Under the pieces are notes generated by a model. The model made no database searches, was not told the DNA's origin, and was given only the letters and a program-made list of their open reading frames with translations. A DNA stretch of 64,000 nt. Origin: Patescibacteria group bacterium. GTDB lineage: Bacteria; Patescibacteriota; Patescibacteriia; 2-01-FULL-39-33. Shown here piece after piece: positions 46,384-55,207 of this stretch. The stretch lies in the NCBI GenBank assembly GCA_041650895.1, contig JBAZKF010000001.1, positions 509,006 to 573,005 on the forward strand. Direction: 5' to 3'. The translations under genes and the position numbers were made by a program. Position 1 is the stretch's first letter. Each line of letters opens with the position of its first letter.

Positions 46384-47478
46384 ATGGCTCAAGACTATTA
46401 TAAAACTCTCGGCATAGACAAATCCGCCTCGGCGGATGAGATTAAGCGCGCCTTCCGCAAGCTGGCTCATGAGTATCATCCCGATAAAAAAACCGGCAAC
46501 GCAGAAAAGTTTAAAGAGATCAATGAAGCCTACCAGACGCTTAGCAATGAAGGCAAACGCCGGCAATACGATCAATTCGGCCAAGCCTTCACCGGCGCCG
46601 GCCCCCGGCCTGGTAGCGGGCATTATGGCGGTAATCCTTTCGGCCAGGGTTTTAACGGCTTCAATCAAGGCAATGTCAATTTTGATTTCGGCGATGTCGG
46701 CGATTTAGGCGACATCTTTGGCAGTTTTTTCGGTGGCGCGACTGGCGGTCGCCAAACTCCCCGACGCGGCGCCGATTTGCAAACTGAACTGATCATTGAT
46801 TTCAAAGAAGCCGTTTTCGGCGCAGAAAAAACCATTGAACTCAATAAACAAGTTGTCTGCGATACTTGCAACGGCACCGGCGCTGAACCGGACAGCAAAG
46901 TCAATGCTTGTAAAACCTGTAACGGCCACGGCCGCGTCATCCGGGCGCAACAGACTTTCCTGGGAACAATCCAAACAGAAGCGACTTGTCCTGATTGCCA
47001 AGGTGCCGGCCAAGTGCCGGAAAAAAAATGCCATAAATGCCATGGCAACGGGCATATTAGGGGCAATGAAAAAATAAAAATAACTATTCCGGCAGGCATT
47101 GATGATGGCCAATCCTTACGCCTCTCGGGCCAAGGCGAGGCCGGAGAAAAAGGCCAGTCCGGCGACTTGCTGGTTCGCATTCGCGTCCGGCCTCATCCTA
47201 AATTCCACCGCGACGGCTTTAATATTTATTCCTCCCATCACCTCTCAATCAAGCAAGCTGTTTTGGGCGATAAAGTAGAGATAGAAACCATTGACGGCTT
47301 AATCAATTTAAGAATACCCGAGGGAACCCAAGGTCAAACCAAATTCAAACTGCCGGGCAAAGGCGTGACACATCTCAATTCCCGCGGACGCGGCGATCAG
47401 ATAGTTGAAGTCATAGTGGACATCCCCAAAAACCTCGGACGTCAGCAGAAAAAAATACTAGAACAATTAGACATATAA
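46384..47478 (+). CDS. dnaJ: chaperone DnaJ
   Basis: J-domain with HPD (YHPDKK), G/F region, and four CxxCxGxG zinc-finger repeats. Confidence 0.95.
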   Translation: MAQDYYKTLGIDKSASADEIKRAFRKLAHEYHPDKKTGNAEKFKEINEAYQTLSNEGKRRQYDQFGQAFTGAGPRPGSGHYGGNPFGQGFNGFNQGNVNFDFGDVGDLGDIFGSFFGGATGGRQTPRRGADLQTELIIDFKEAVFGAEKTIELNKQVVCDTCNGTGAEPDSKVNACKTCNGHGRVIRAQQTFLGTIQTEATCPDCQGAGQVPEKKCHKCHGNGHIRGNEKIKITIPAGIDDGQSLRLSGQGEAGEKGQSGDLLVRIRVRPHPKFHRDGFNIYSSHHLSIKQAVLGDKVEIETIDGLINLRIPEGTQGQTKFKLPGKGVTHLNSRGRGDQIVEVIVDIPKNLGRQQKKILEQLDI

Positions 47479-47480
47479 TT

Positions 47481-48050
47481 ATGCTTATCTATTTACTACT
47501 TTTCGTTTACCTTATTTTTCTCGCGGCTTGCGCCGTTTTCGGTATCTCCATCCTGATCGGCCTAGTTATGACCAAGGGCGTGCCATTTGTTTCCACTCCA
47601 TGCTACGACCTAGAAAAAATCTGCGAGGTCGCAGAGCTTAAGCCGGGAGAAAAGATTTTTGACTTGGGTTGTGGCAAAGCCAACCTGTTGACGATCGCCG
47701 CCAAAAAATTCGGCGCCCAAGGCACGGGTTACGAATTATCGCTCTGGCCTTACTTTTGGGGTTGGTGGCGCATCAAGATTATCCGCGCCGATGTCACTTT
47801 AAAGATGCAAGATTTTCTCAAAGCCGACTTATCCCAAGCCGATGTAATCTTCTGCTATCTCTTCCCTGAAGTGATGGACAAATTGGAAGAAAAATTCAAA
47901 ACCGGATTAAAACCGGGAGCACGCGTCGTCTCCTACACCTTCAAACTGCCCAATATCCAACCGGCTAAAACGGTTATGGGGCAAGAAAGAAATAATTGGT
48001 TTGATCGTCATTTGAGAACCAGCGGAAAAATTTATCTTTATCAATTTTAA
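47481..48050 (+). CDS. membrane-anchored class I SAM-dependent methyltransferase-like protein
   Basis: N-terminal TM helix, then FDLGCGKANLL (motif I) and DVIFCYLFP (motif II-like). Confidence 0.5.
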   Translation: MLIYLLLFVYLIFLAACAVFGISILIGLVMTKGVPFVSTPCYDLEKICEVAELKPGEKIFDLGCGKANLLTIAAKKFGAQGTGYELSLWPYFWGWWRIKIIRADVTLKMQDFLKADLSQADVIFCYLFPEVMDKLEEKFKTGLKPGARVVSYTFKLPNIQPAKTVMGQERNNWFDRHLRTSGKIYLYQF

Positions 48051-48143
48051 TCCAGAAAATGTAAGCGATTAAAAAACTAATTAATGATTGACAAAAGGCA
48101 AAATATTTATTAAACTGATTTAACTTAAATTAAATTAAAACAC

Positions 48144-49436
48144 ATGATAGTCAACATCGCTAAACAGCCGAAATCACAAGTAGAAATCTCCGTTGAACTG
48201 ACACCGGCGGAACTTTTGCCATACCTGAAAAAAGCGGCGGAAAAAATCTCTGCAGACAAGCCAGTTGAAGGCTTCCGCCCCGGTAAAGCCCCCTACGAAG
48301 TCATTATCAAAAAGTATGGCGAGATGGCCGTCCTGTCTGAAGCTGTTGACGATATAATCTCCAAAACCTATTATCAGGCGATTAAAGACAACAATCTGAC
48401 AACTATCGGCCAACCTCAAATTGATTTGGAAAAAATGGCGCCGGAAAATCCTTTCAGTTATAAAGCTACGGTAGCGATCCTGCCGCAAGTGAAAATCGGC
48501 GACCTGACAAAAATCAAACTAAAAAAAGAACCGATCGTTATCACCGATGAACAGGTGCAAAAAATCATTGAAGAAATCCGCAAAATGCGCGGGCAAGAAG
48601 AAAAAACCGCTAAAGTGGCCGAGAAGGGCGATTTGGTAAAACTTGATTTTGATGTTTTCCGCGACGGCGTACCCATTAACCAGGGGAGCGCCAAAAATTA
48701 CCCGCTGACATTAGGTGAGGATAAATTCATTCCCGGCTTTGAAGCTAACGTCATCGGTCTGAAGGCCGGCGAGAAGAAAGAATTCACTCTAAATTTTCCG
48801 GAAAAGTATTTTGAAAAGTCCTTAGCCGGAAAACCGGCGGAATTTAAAATTAAAATCAACGAGGTGGCAAAAATTATCCTGCCCGAAGCCAATGACGAAC
48901 TGGCCAAAATGGTCTCCGGCGGAAAATTCGGCACTTTGGAAGAATTGAAAAAAAATATCAAAGAGAATCTACAACTGGAAGAACAAGCCAAGCAGGATCG
49001 CCGATTGGAGATCGAACTGTTGGAAGAAGCGGTCAAGTTGAGTGAGTTTGATGAACTGCCGGAAATCCTGGTTCACGAAGAAATCCATCGGATGTTGCAT
49101 GAGTTGGAAGATAGCCTGAGTCGCCAAGGCTTGGATCTTAACAATTACTTGCAGTCCCTGAAAAAAACCGAGGAAGAAATGGAAAGAGAAATGGAACCGC
49201 AGGCAGTCATTAGAGTCAAGACGGCCGTCTTATCCCGCGAAATTTACCAACAACATAAATTTGAGGTTACGCCCGATGAAGTGGACAAGGAAATTGAAGA
49301 ACTGCTTAAGAATTACCCGCCCAATCCCGACGTAAAAAAGCAATTGACAAGCGAGACCTACCGCGATTATCTCAAGAATTCCTTAGGCAACCGCAAAGTG
49401 ATGGAATACTTAAAAAAAATAGTTATTAAAGATTAA
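48144..49436 (+). CDS. tig: trigger factor
   Basis: N-terminal ribosome-binding domain with GFRPGKAP signature, then PPIase-like and C-terminal arm domains. 430 aa. Confidence 0.9.
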   Translation: MIVNIAKQPKSQVEISVELTPAELLPYLKKAAEKISADKPVEGFRPGKAPYEVIIKKYGEMAVLSEAVDDIISKTYYQAIKDNNLTTIGQPQIDLEKMAPENPFSYKATVAILPQVKIGDLTKIKLKKEPIVITDEQVQKIIEEIRKMRGQEEKTAKVAEKGDLVKLDFDVFRDGVPINQGSAKNYPLTLGEDKFIPGFEANVIGLKAGEKKEFTLNFPEKYFEKSLAGKPAEFKIKINEVAKIILPEANDELAKMVSGGKFGTLEELKKNIKENLQLEEQAKQDRRLEIELLEEAVKLSEFDELPEILVHEEIHRMLHELEDSLSRQGLDLNNYLQSLKKTEEEMEREMEPQAVIRVKTAVLSREIYQQHKFEVTPDEVDKEIEELLKNYPPNPDVKKQLTSETYRDYLKNSLGNRKVMEYLKKIVIKD

Positions 49437-49451
49437 ATTCACCCCGTTAAA

Positions 49452-49479
49452 TAATCATAAATTTTAAAATTTATGATTA
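49452..49479. other. 28-bp perfect A/T-only palindrome 3' of tig
   Basis: taatcataaatttt|aaaatttatgatta. Confidence 0.5.
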
Positions 49480-49577
49480 AGATTTGATCTCGATTGAATC
49501 TTCAGGGGCAAACGATGAAATAAATAATATAATAAGATTAGTGATTAACCATTCAAATCTTATTTAACAGGGTAAAT

Positions 49578-50081
49578 ATGATCAATGCCATCAAAAAACG
49601 CCGGGCCGTCCGCGACTATCTTAATAAATCAGTCGGCGACGACAAGATTCAGGAGTTATTGAACGCCGCCGCTTGCGCGCCCTCGGCCAACGCCCTCTAC
49701 CCCTGGGAACTGGTTATTGTTGAGGATCACGCCGTTAAGGAAATGTTATCCAAAACCACGCCCTGGGCTACTTTTGCCAAAGAGGCGGCGGTGATTATTG
49801 CGGTTGTCGGGCACAAAAACGAAAGCCCGGAATGGATTGAGGATTGTTCTATTGTCGCCGAACACTTATGGCTGGAAGCGACGGAGCAGGGTCTGGGCGC
49901 CTGTTGGATCCAAATCCGCAATCAAGGCAAGGCTGATGATAACGTCAAATCAATCCTAAATATTCCCGGCCAACATAGCGTCTTATGCTTAATGGCTATC
50001 GGCGTGCCGGCCAAGACTTTAACCGCTCACGACACATCAGCCGTGGACAAAGACAAATTTAAATTTGAAAAATATAAATGA
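49578..50081 (+). CDS. nitroreductase-family protein
   Basis: RRAVRDY...APSANALYPWELVIV and a C-terminal GLGACWI motif. Confidence 0.8.
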   Translation: MINAIKKRRAVRDYLNKSVGDDKIQELLNAAACAPSANALYPWELVIVEDHAVKEMLSKTTPWATFAKEAAVIIAVVGHKNESPEWIEDCSIVAEHLWLEATEQGLGACWIQIRNQGKADDNVKSILNIPGQHSVLCLMAIGVPAKTLTAHDTSAVDKDKFKFEKYK

Positions 50082-50090
50082 AAATAAAAA

Positions 50091-50122
50091 TACTCCCGAT
50101 TAACAAGTTGGGAGTATTTTTA
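50091..50122 (+). terminator. rho-independent terminator
   Basis: tactccc-gattaacaagtt-gggagta stem followed by a T5 run. Confidence 0.65.
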
Positions 50123-50181
50123 TGTAAAATTAAATAAAAAAATTTTGGTATAATAAAGCAGTTATCCTGTGGACAAAGGTA

Positions 50182-50210
50182 TTGACAAAATATTAATCAT
50201 GTGCTATAAT
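50182..50210 (+). promoter_or_regulatory. consensus sigma70 promoter TTGACA-17-TATAAT
   Basis: ttgaca aaatattaatcatgtgc tataat, about 60 nt upstream of the 50275 start. Confidence 0.6.
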
Positions 50211-50274
50211 GACATATTGGATTAGAAATGTCTCTAAACCATAAAAGCACTTAACATAAACGGAGGATAGAGAA

Positions 50275-50838
50275 ATGGCTTATTTTCTACTGCTATTGCT
50301 CGTACTGTTGATGGCGTTTGCAATGGTTATGGTATTATTGGGAGTAATTTGCGGCGTCGCCTTGTTTTTAACAGGAGTAACAATATTATTCACTTGCGGA
50401 AAAAGTTACATAGGCAGTTTCTTATGGTACACGAAAAATTCAGCGATATCATTGGCTATTGCCTTAGCGGGATTAATGATAATTCAGACGAGCGGCTGGA
50501 TAATAAATAAACATCAAGAACGCCTACAAAGAACGCCGGAATACCAAGCGGCGGTAAAAAGCAACGCAGAAGCATTAGATCGTTTTCTTTCCTGCGAACC
50601 AATGAAAAAGGAGGAAATGTGGTGGGTTGAGCAATACAACACCTACCCTAACCGTGACTCGACTATGGCTTGCCTTAGGACATACCGGGAAACGCTTGAG
50701 AAGCACTTCGGCCCCTGCCCTGATACCAACCAGGATTGGGAAAAATATTTTGACGAGAGGGTGTGGCCGGTGTTGTACAATGACGTCAAAATGGTGTATT
50801 GTCCGCAATCGCCTCCGGTCGCCGAAGCAGTCCCGTAA
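50275..50838 (+). CDS. membrane protein, hypothetical
   Basis: SD ACGGAGG precedes the ATG. Three N-terminal TM helices, then a soluble domain with several Trp/Cys. Confidence 0.5.
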   Translation: MAYFLLLLLVLLMAFAMVMVLLGVICGVALFLTGVTILFTCGKSYIGSFLWYTKNSAISLAIALAGLMIIQTSGWIINKHQERLQRTPEYQAAVKSNAEALDRFLSCEPMKKEEMWWVEQYNTYPNRDSTMACLRTYRETLEKHFGPCPDTNQDWEKYFDERVWPVLYNDVKMVYCPQSPPVAEAVP

Positions 50839-50860
50839 TCCCGTTTACTTCGTACAAAAA

Positions 50861-50900
50861 CGCCCCGCCAGGATCATCCTCGCGGGGCGCATTATTTTCT
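50861..50900. terminator. bidirectional terminator
   Basis: cgccccgc-caggatcatcct-gcggggcg stem with a flanking T-run. Confidence 0.6.
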
Positions 50901-53286
50901 ATGTTTTTTTCCGTCTTTTTTTCTTTTTCTCCTCCTTCAATATTGCCATGGTGGTCTTCACTACCGTATCGGGGTTTAAGGAAATACTGTCAATACCCAA
51001 CCCGACCAAAAATCTGGCAAAATCCGGATAATCTGATGGCGCTTGGCCACAGATACCGATTTTCCGTCCCGAGGCCTTGGCTACTTTGATTACAATAGCT
51101 AATAATCGTTTGACTGCTTCATTATTCTCATCATAAACATCAGCCACTAATTGTGAATCGCGATCCACGCCCAAAGTCAACTGAGTCAGATCATTGGAAC
51201 CGATGGAAAAGCCATCAAAAATCTCAGCGAACTCCTCAGCCAGAATCACGTTAGAAGGAATTTCACACATCACATAAATTTCCAATCCGTTATGGCCTTG
51301 CTTAAGGCCGTTTTTTTCCATTATTTTAATCACCTTTTTCCCTTCTTCCACGGTACGACAGAAAGGCACCATTATCTTAATGTTTTTCAACCCGAACTCT
51401 TCGCGCGCTTTCTTAAATGCCAGACACTCCAACACAAAGGCCTTCTCATACTGCGGAGCATAATACCGGGAAGCTCCGCGCCAGCCGATCATCGGGTTGC
51501 TTTCTTCTGGCTCAAATTGCTTGCCGCCGATCAGGGTGGCATATTCGTTTGATTTAAAATCAGACAAGCGGATAATCACATCTTTAGGATAAAAAGCGGC
51601 GGCGATCATACCGATACCTTCGGCCAGCTTGTCAACAAAAAATTGCGGCTTCTTCGGATAATTGACGGTTATTTCGGCGATCTCGGCTTTGGCCTTCTGG
51701 TCTTTGATTTTGGAATAATTTAGAAGTGCCAAAGGATGGACCTTGATGTAATTGGCGATGATAAATTCTTCGCGCGCCAGGCCTACGCCGTCATTGGGTA
51801 AGAAAGAAAATGACAAAGCGGCGTAAGGATTGCCGACATTCATCATGATTTTCGTCTTGGGGCGAGACAAGTGTTTCAAATTGGTGCGCCTAACCTTAAA
51901 CGGCACCAAACCGGCATACACTTTGCCGATTTCTCCCTCGGCGCAAGACACGGTTACGGCTTGGCCGGTTTTTATTTTCTTGGTCGCTACGCTGGCGCCC
52001 ACTACGCACGGCACGCCCAGTTCCCGCGAAACAATCGCGGCATGGCAAGTCCTACCGCCTTCGTTAGTAACAATAGCGGCGGCGCTTTTCATAAATGGTT
52101 CCCAATCCGGATCGGTCATATCGGCCACCAACACCTCACCGGCCTTAAAATCATTCAACTCCGACACCTTTTTGATTACGCGCGCCTGGCCACTGCCGAT
52201 CTTCACCCCGACGCTGGAACCGGTAAATAATAACTTGCCATTGCCGGCCATTACATATTCTTCCAATAAATTCGGATTCTTATTGCTGGCAATAGTCTCG
52301 GGCCGAGCCTGAACGATATATAATTTGCCGGTACGTCCGTCTAAAGCCCATTCAATGTCCATGGGTCGCTTGTAATGCTTTTCTATTACCACTGCCCATT
52401 TAGCCAATTGCAGGATTTCCTCATCTGTCAAAACGTATTTCTCCTGTTGAAGCAAAGGCACAGCCACCGAGCGTGTCGGCCGGATGGGATTATCGGAATA
52501 AACCAATTTTTTGTTCTTATCGCCGACCTGCTTGGAAACAATCGGCTTGAAACCCTGAGCCAAAGTATTCTTGAATATATAGTATTCGTCCGGATTGACT
52601 GTTCCCTTAACTACAAATTCACCTAAACCATAGGCGGCATTGATCAAAATAACATTAGGATTGCCGCTTTCCGTATCAATGGTAAACATTACGCCGGCGG
52701 AGCCCAAATCGGAACGCACCATCTTCTGCACTCCGACTGAAAGCAAAACCGCCTCGTGTTTGAATTTATAGTCAAGACGATAAGAAATGGCGCGTTCAGA
52801 AAACAGCGAAGCGAAACAGCGTTTGATCGCCAAATATAATTCTTGCTCACCCCTGATATTCAAATATGATTCTTGTTGGCCGGCAAAAGAAGCATTGGGC
52901 ATATCCTCGGCTGTGGCCGAAGAACGCACTGCTACGTCAGTATTGGCAACACCATACTGCTTGGATAATTTTTTGTATGCTTGAGAAATTTCCGTTTTTA
53001 ATTCTTGAGGCAAATCAGCAGTCAAAATCATTTTCTTGACTGTAGCTGATTTCTTGGCCAAATTCCTATCAGTCGCCCCCTTAAGCTCGGCATAAATCGC
53101 CCGCTTGATTTTGGCGCCGGCTAAAAACTTATTATAAGCCTGGGCCGTAACGGCAAAACCATTCGGTATGGTAACACCACGGCCAGACAAATTACGATAC
53201 ATTTCGCCTAAGCTGGCGTTCTTACCACCGACTTTGCCGACGTCTTTCATCGTCAGCTCCTTAAACCAAAGGATGTTTTTTTGCAT
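50899..53286 (-). CDS. ppsA: phosphoenolpyruvate synthase (pyruvate, water dikinase)
   Basis: N-terminal VGGKNASLGEM and the mobile phospho-His domain GGRTCHAAIVSRELGVPCVVG, plus a C-terminal PEP-utilising TIM barrel. Start taken at the ATG at 53286 (MQKNILWF), 9 nt after an AGGAGG SD; the longer ORF looks like an artefact. Confidence 0.85.
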   Translation of the reverse strand: MQKNILWFKELTMKDVGKVGGKNASLGEMYRNLSGRGVTIPNGFAVTAQAYNKFLAGAKIKRAIYAELKGATDRNLAKKSATVKKMILTADLPQELKTEISQAYKKLSKQYGVANTDVAVRSSATAEDMPNASFAGQQESYLNIRGEQELYLAIKRCFASLFSERAISYRLDYKFKHEAVLLSVGVQKMVRSDLGSAGVMFTIDTESGNPNVILINAAYGLGEFVVKGTVNPDEYYIFKNTLAQGFKPIVSKQVGDKNKKLVYSDNPIRPTRSVAVPLLQQEKYVLTDEEILQLAKWAVVIEKHYKRPMDIEWALDGRTGKLYIVQARPETIASNKNPNLLEEYVMAGNGKLLFTGSSVGVKIGSGQARVIKKVSELNDFKAGEVLVADMTDPDWEPFMKSAAAIVTNEGGRTCHAAIVSRELGVPCVVGASVATKKIKTGQAVTVSCAEGEIGKVYAGLVPFKVRRTNLKHLSRPKTKIMMNVGNPYAALSFSFLPNDGVGLAREEFIIANYIKVHPLALLNYSKIKDQKAKAEIAEITVNYPKKPQFFVDKLAEGIGMIAAAFYPKDVIIRLSDFKSNEYATLIGGKQFEPEESNPMIGWRGASRYYAPQYEKAFVLECLAFKKAREEFGLKNIKIMVPFCRTVEEGKKVIKIMEKNGLKQGHNGLEIYVMCEIPSNVILAEEFAEIFDGFSIGSNDLTQLTLGVDRDSQLVADVYDENNEAVKRLLAIVIKVAKASGRKIGICGQAPSDYPDFARFLVGLGIDSISLNPDTVVKTTMAILKEEKKKKRRKKT

Positions 53287-53379
53287 TTTCATACCTCCTA
53301 ATTTTTGATTTGATACTTTAATTATACTCCCAAAAAAATAATTACGCATTATCTCTGGCAATATTCTAATCTTAACGTC

Positions 53380-53408
53380 TTGACTACTACGATTTTTTAT
53401 GATATGAT
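53380..53408 (+). promoter_or_regulatory. sigma70-like promoter TTGACT-17-TATGAT
   Basis: ttgact actacgattttttatga tatgat, about 80 nt upstream of the 53490 start. Confidence 0.45.
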
Positions 53409-53489
53409 CAATTATCAAAGTTCTTTGACAAAAGATAATATGCAGAATCATACGCATCGCCGAATAATCGGCAAAAGGAGAAAAATGCC

Positions 53490-54443
53490 ATGTTTATTGA
53501 GTACTGCTTGGCTTATCTGGTCCCATTAATCGCCCTATCCAGCTATCTGCTTATCGGTTGTGCCAGCCACTTCAGCGTCTTCATGCCGGCGGGAACGGCG
53601 CTTAATGATAACTATCATTCATTGACGCGTTGGGAAAGGATTATTTACACTCTGGCTTGGCCAGTCTATTTTTCCATCGACCGTGTCGGCCAAAGATTAT
53701 CATTTATGGCTCGAGCCGTCTCCTGCATCATTATTATGGTAATTATCCTTGATCTGACTCAGTGGAAGATAGCGTCCTTGGATCCAAGCCAAATCGAGCA
53801 GACTTCCTTAGCAACCGATCCGCAATTGAATGAAGTGCAAAAAATCATTAACGACCTGTCAATCATTTATACTGATTGGGATAAAATTGCCATGGCTTCC
53901 TTAGGAAAAAATCAGGAGGCCTCCGTGATCATGCCGGAACACATACTGGCTCCATCGGCCGAACAGATCGCCGCCACTGTCCATCATCCTCTGCAAGCGC
54001 GTACTATTGTTTTCTGCTACCAACTGCAAAACGGCTTGATAGCCGACAATTCACCGCCCAGTTTCAGCCAAATTCATTATTCCCGACGGCCGTTAGATGA
54101 TTACGGTGCCGCAGTTGTTGCCGCTTATGTTCTAAAACACTGCGGTTATGAACCGTATATCCTATGCCTTAAAACCTCTTGGAAAACTTTCTTATTCCGA
54201 CCGCTGAAAAGCTCCATCACTAAAGTCTACCTATACAAACAAGATGGAAAGTTCGGCTACATCTCCTTGCTGGGCATCAGCGAACCGAAGTTCTCCACCA
54301 TTAAAGAACTGGCTCGCGAGTTGTCAAAAAAAATGCAGGTGAACTACACTCAATACTTTTTGTTTGATCTTAATGTCGCTTGTCCGGGATGGGAAAGACA
54401 TAATCCGGGCATCCGAGGCTGTGAAATTTGGCGAAATTTGTAA
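53490..54443 (+). CDS. hypothetical membrane-associated protein
   Basis: 317 aa with N-terminal hydrophobic segments (possible lipobox LIGC). No family recognised. Confidence 0.45.
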   Translation: MFIEYCLAYLVPLIALSSYLLIGCASHFSVFMPAGTALNDNYHSLTRWERIIYTLAWPVYFSIDRVGQRLSFMARAVSCIIIMVIILDLTQWKIASLDPSQIEQTSLATDPQLNEVQKIINDLSIIYTDWDKIAMASLGKNQEASVIMPEHILAPSAEQIAATVHHPLQARTIVFCYQLQNGLIADNSPPSFSQIHYSRRPLDDYGAAVVAAYVLKHCGYEPYILCLKTSWKTFLFRPLKSSITKVYLYKQDGKFGYISLLGISEPKFSTIKELARELSKKMQVNYTQYFLFDLNVACPGWERHNPGIRGCEIWRNL

Positions 54444-54467
54444 ACCTTAACCAAAAGGAGAAAAACT

Positions 54468-54860
54468 ATGTCGGAAGATGCGCATCCAACCCCTGATCTG
54501 ACCCCTTATGAACCGTTACCGGAACCACTAAAAAAAGCCGAGGAAGAGGAAAAAGAAATAATAGTGGTATTTGAATATACTGAAAAAGTTTCTCCCGCCG
54601 CTTATTGCGGGACGCGTTTTATGAGAAGTTTTAGCTCAGAAGGGCAATTGAAAGAATTTGAACGGACCATGGAGGCCGATGGTAATTCGCAAGAAAAAAT
54701 CTACAAGGCGGGCGTGACGCAGCAAGAAGGCGAACGTTTGTGCGACGAGGCGTTAACGGACGATAAAATAATAGAGATTGCGTTAGCAAACTCTAATGGA
54801 AATCGGTTTATTTATGAAATGGAAGTGCAGAAAATGCTACTTGCGAAGACATTTCTTTAA
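54468..54860 (+). CDS. hypothetical acidic protein
   Basis: SD AAAAGGAG precedes the ATG. 130 aa. Confidence 0.45.
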   Translation: MSEDAHPTPDLTPYEPLPEPLKKAEEEEKEIIVVFEYTEKVSPAAYCGTRFMRSFSSEGQLKEFERTMEADGNSQEKIYKAGVTQQEGERLCDEALTDDKIIEIALANSNGNRFIYEMEVQKMLLAKTFL

Positions 54861-54876
54861 TAAATAACAGCACACA

Positions 54877-54910
54877 AAAGCCGCGAGCACTTGTTCGCGG
54901 CTTTTAAAAT
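54877..54910 (+). terminator. rho-independent terminator
   Basis: aagccgcgagcac-ttgt-tcgcggctt stem followed by ttaaaattgttatttttt. Confidence 0.65.
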
Positions 54911-54949
54911 TGTTATTTTTTTATTCTAATTTGTTTTTGTATTTTGAAT

Positions 54950-55140
54950 CAAAAAATGCGAGCATAACAAAATCTTGTGCGACTTTATGCGAGAACGACC
55001 AGAAAAGTTTTGCAAGCGGAGCGTCAGAAACTTTTCGGGAGCCTGCCTGCCGGCAGGCAGGTGGAGCATAAAGTTTAGCCATGATTTATGCTTCGCTCGC
55101 GACTCTTTGGTGATACTTTTCTCTAGAGAAAAGTATCGTG
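54950..55140. ncRNA. candidate structured non-coding RNA or MITE-like element (four consecutive strong hairpins)
   Basis: Hairpins at 55002-55036 (gaaaagttt..aaacttttc), 55042-55061 (cctgcctgccggcaggcagg), 55066-55091 (gcataaa..tttatgc) and 55112-55137 (a 26-bp perfect palindrome), plus long-range complementarity between 54957-54966 and 55087-55100. It sits in a convergent intergenic region with no ORF. Confidence 0.3.
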
Positions 55141-55207
55141 AAAATTGATTTGAATTTAATTCAGGGTTTCCGGATAATTTGCTTGCAGATTTTCAGAATG
55201 ACAAAAA

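Noticed and set aside
46665-47180. 171-aa and 135-aa minus-strand ORFs inside dnaJ
   Set aside because: They are antisense to a well-supported dnaJ (J-domain plus four CxxCxGxG repeats) and are artefacts of GC-rich Gly-codon runs.
54950-55140. Tested the structured intergenic element against tmRNA, RNase P and SRP RNA hallmarks
   Set aside because: It lacks the conserved strings I would expect (tmRNA 5' GGGG..GATTCGAC and a tag ORF, RNase P GGAAAGTCCGG, SRP GGAAGCAGCC). It is kept only as an unclassified ncRNA or MITE candidate.
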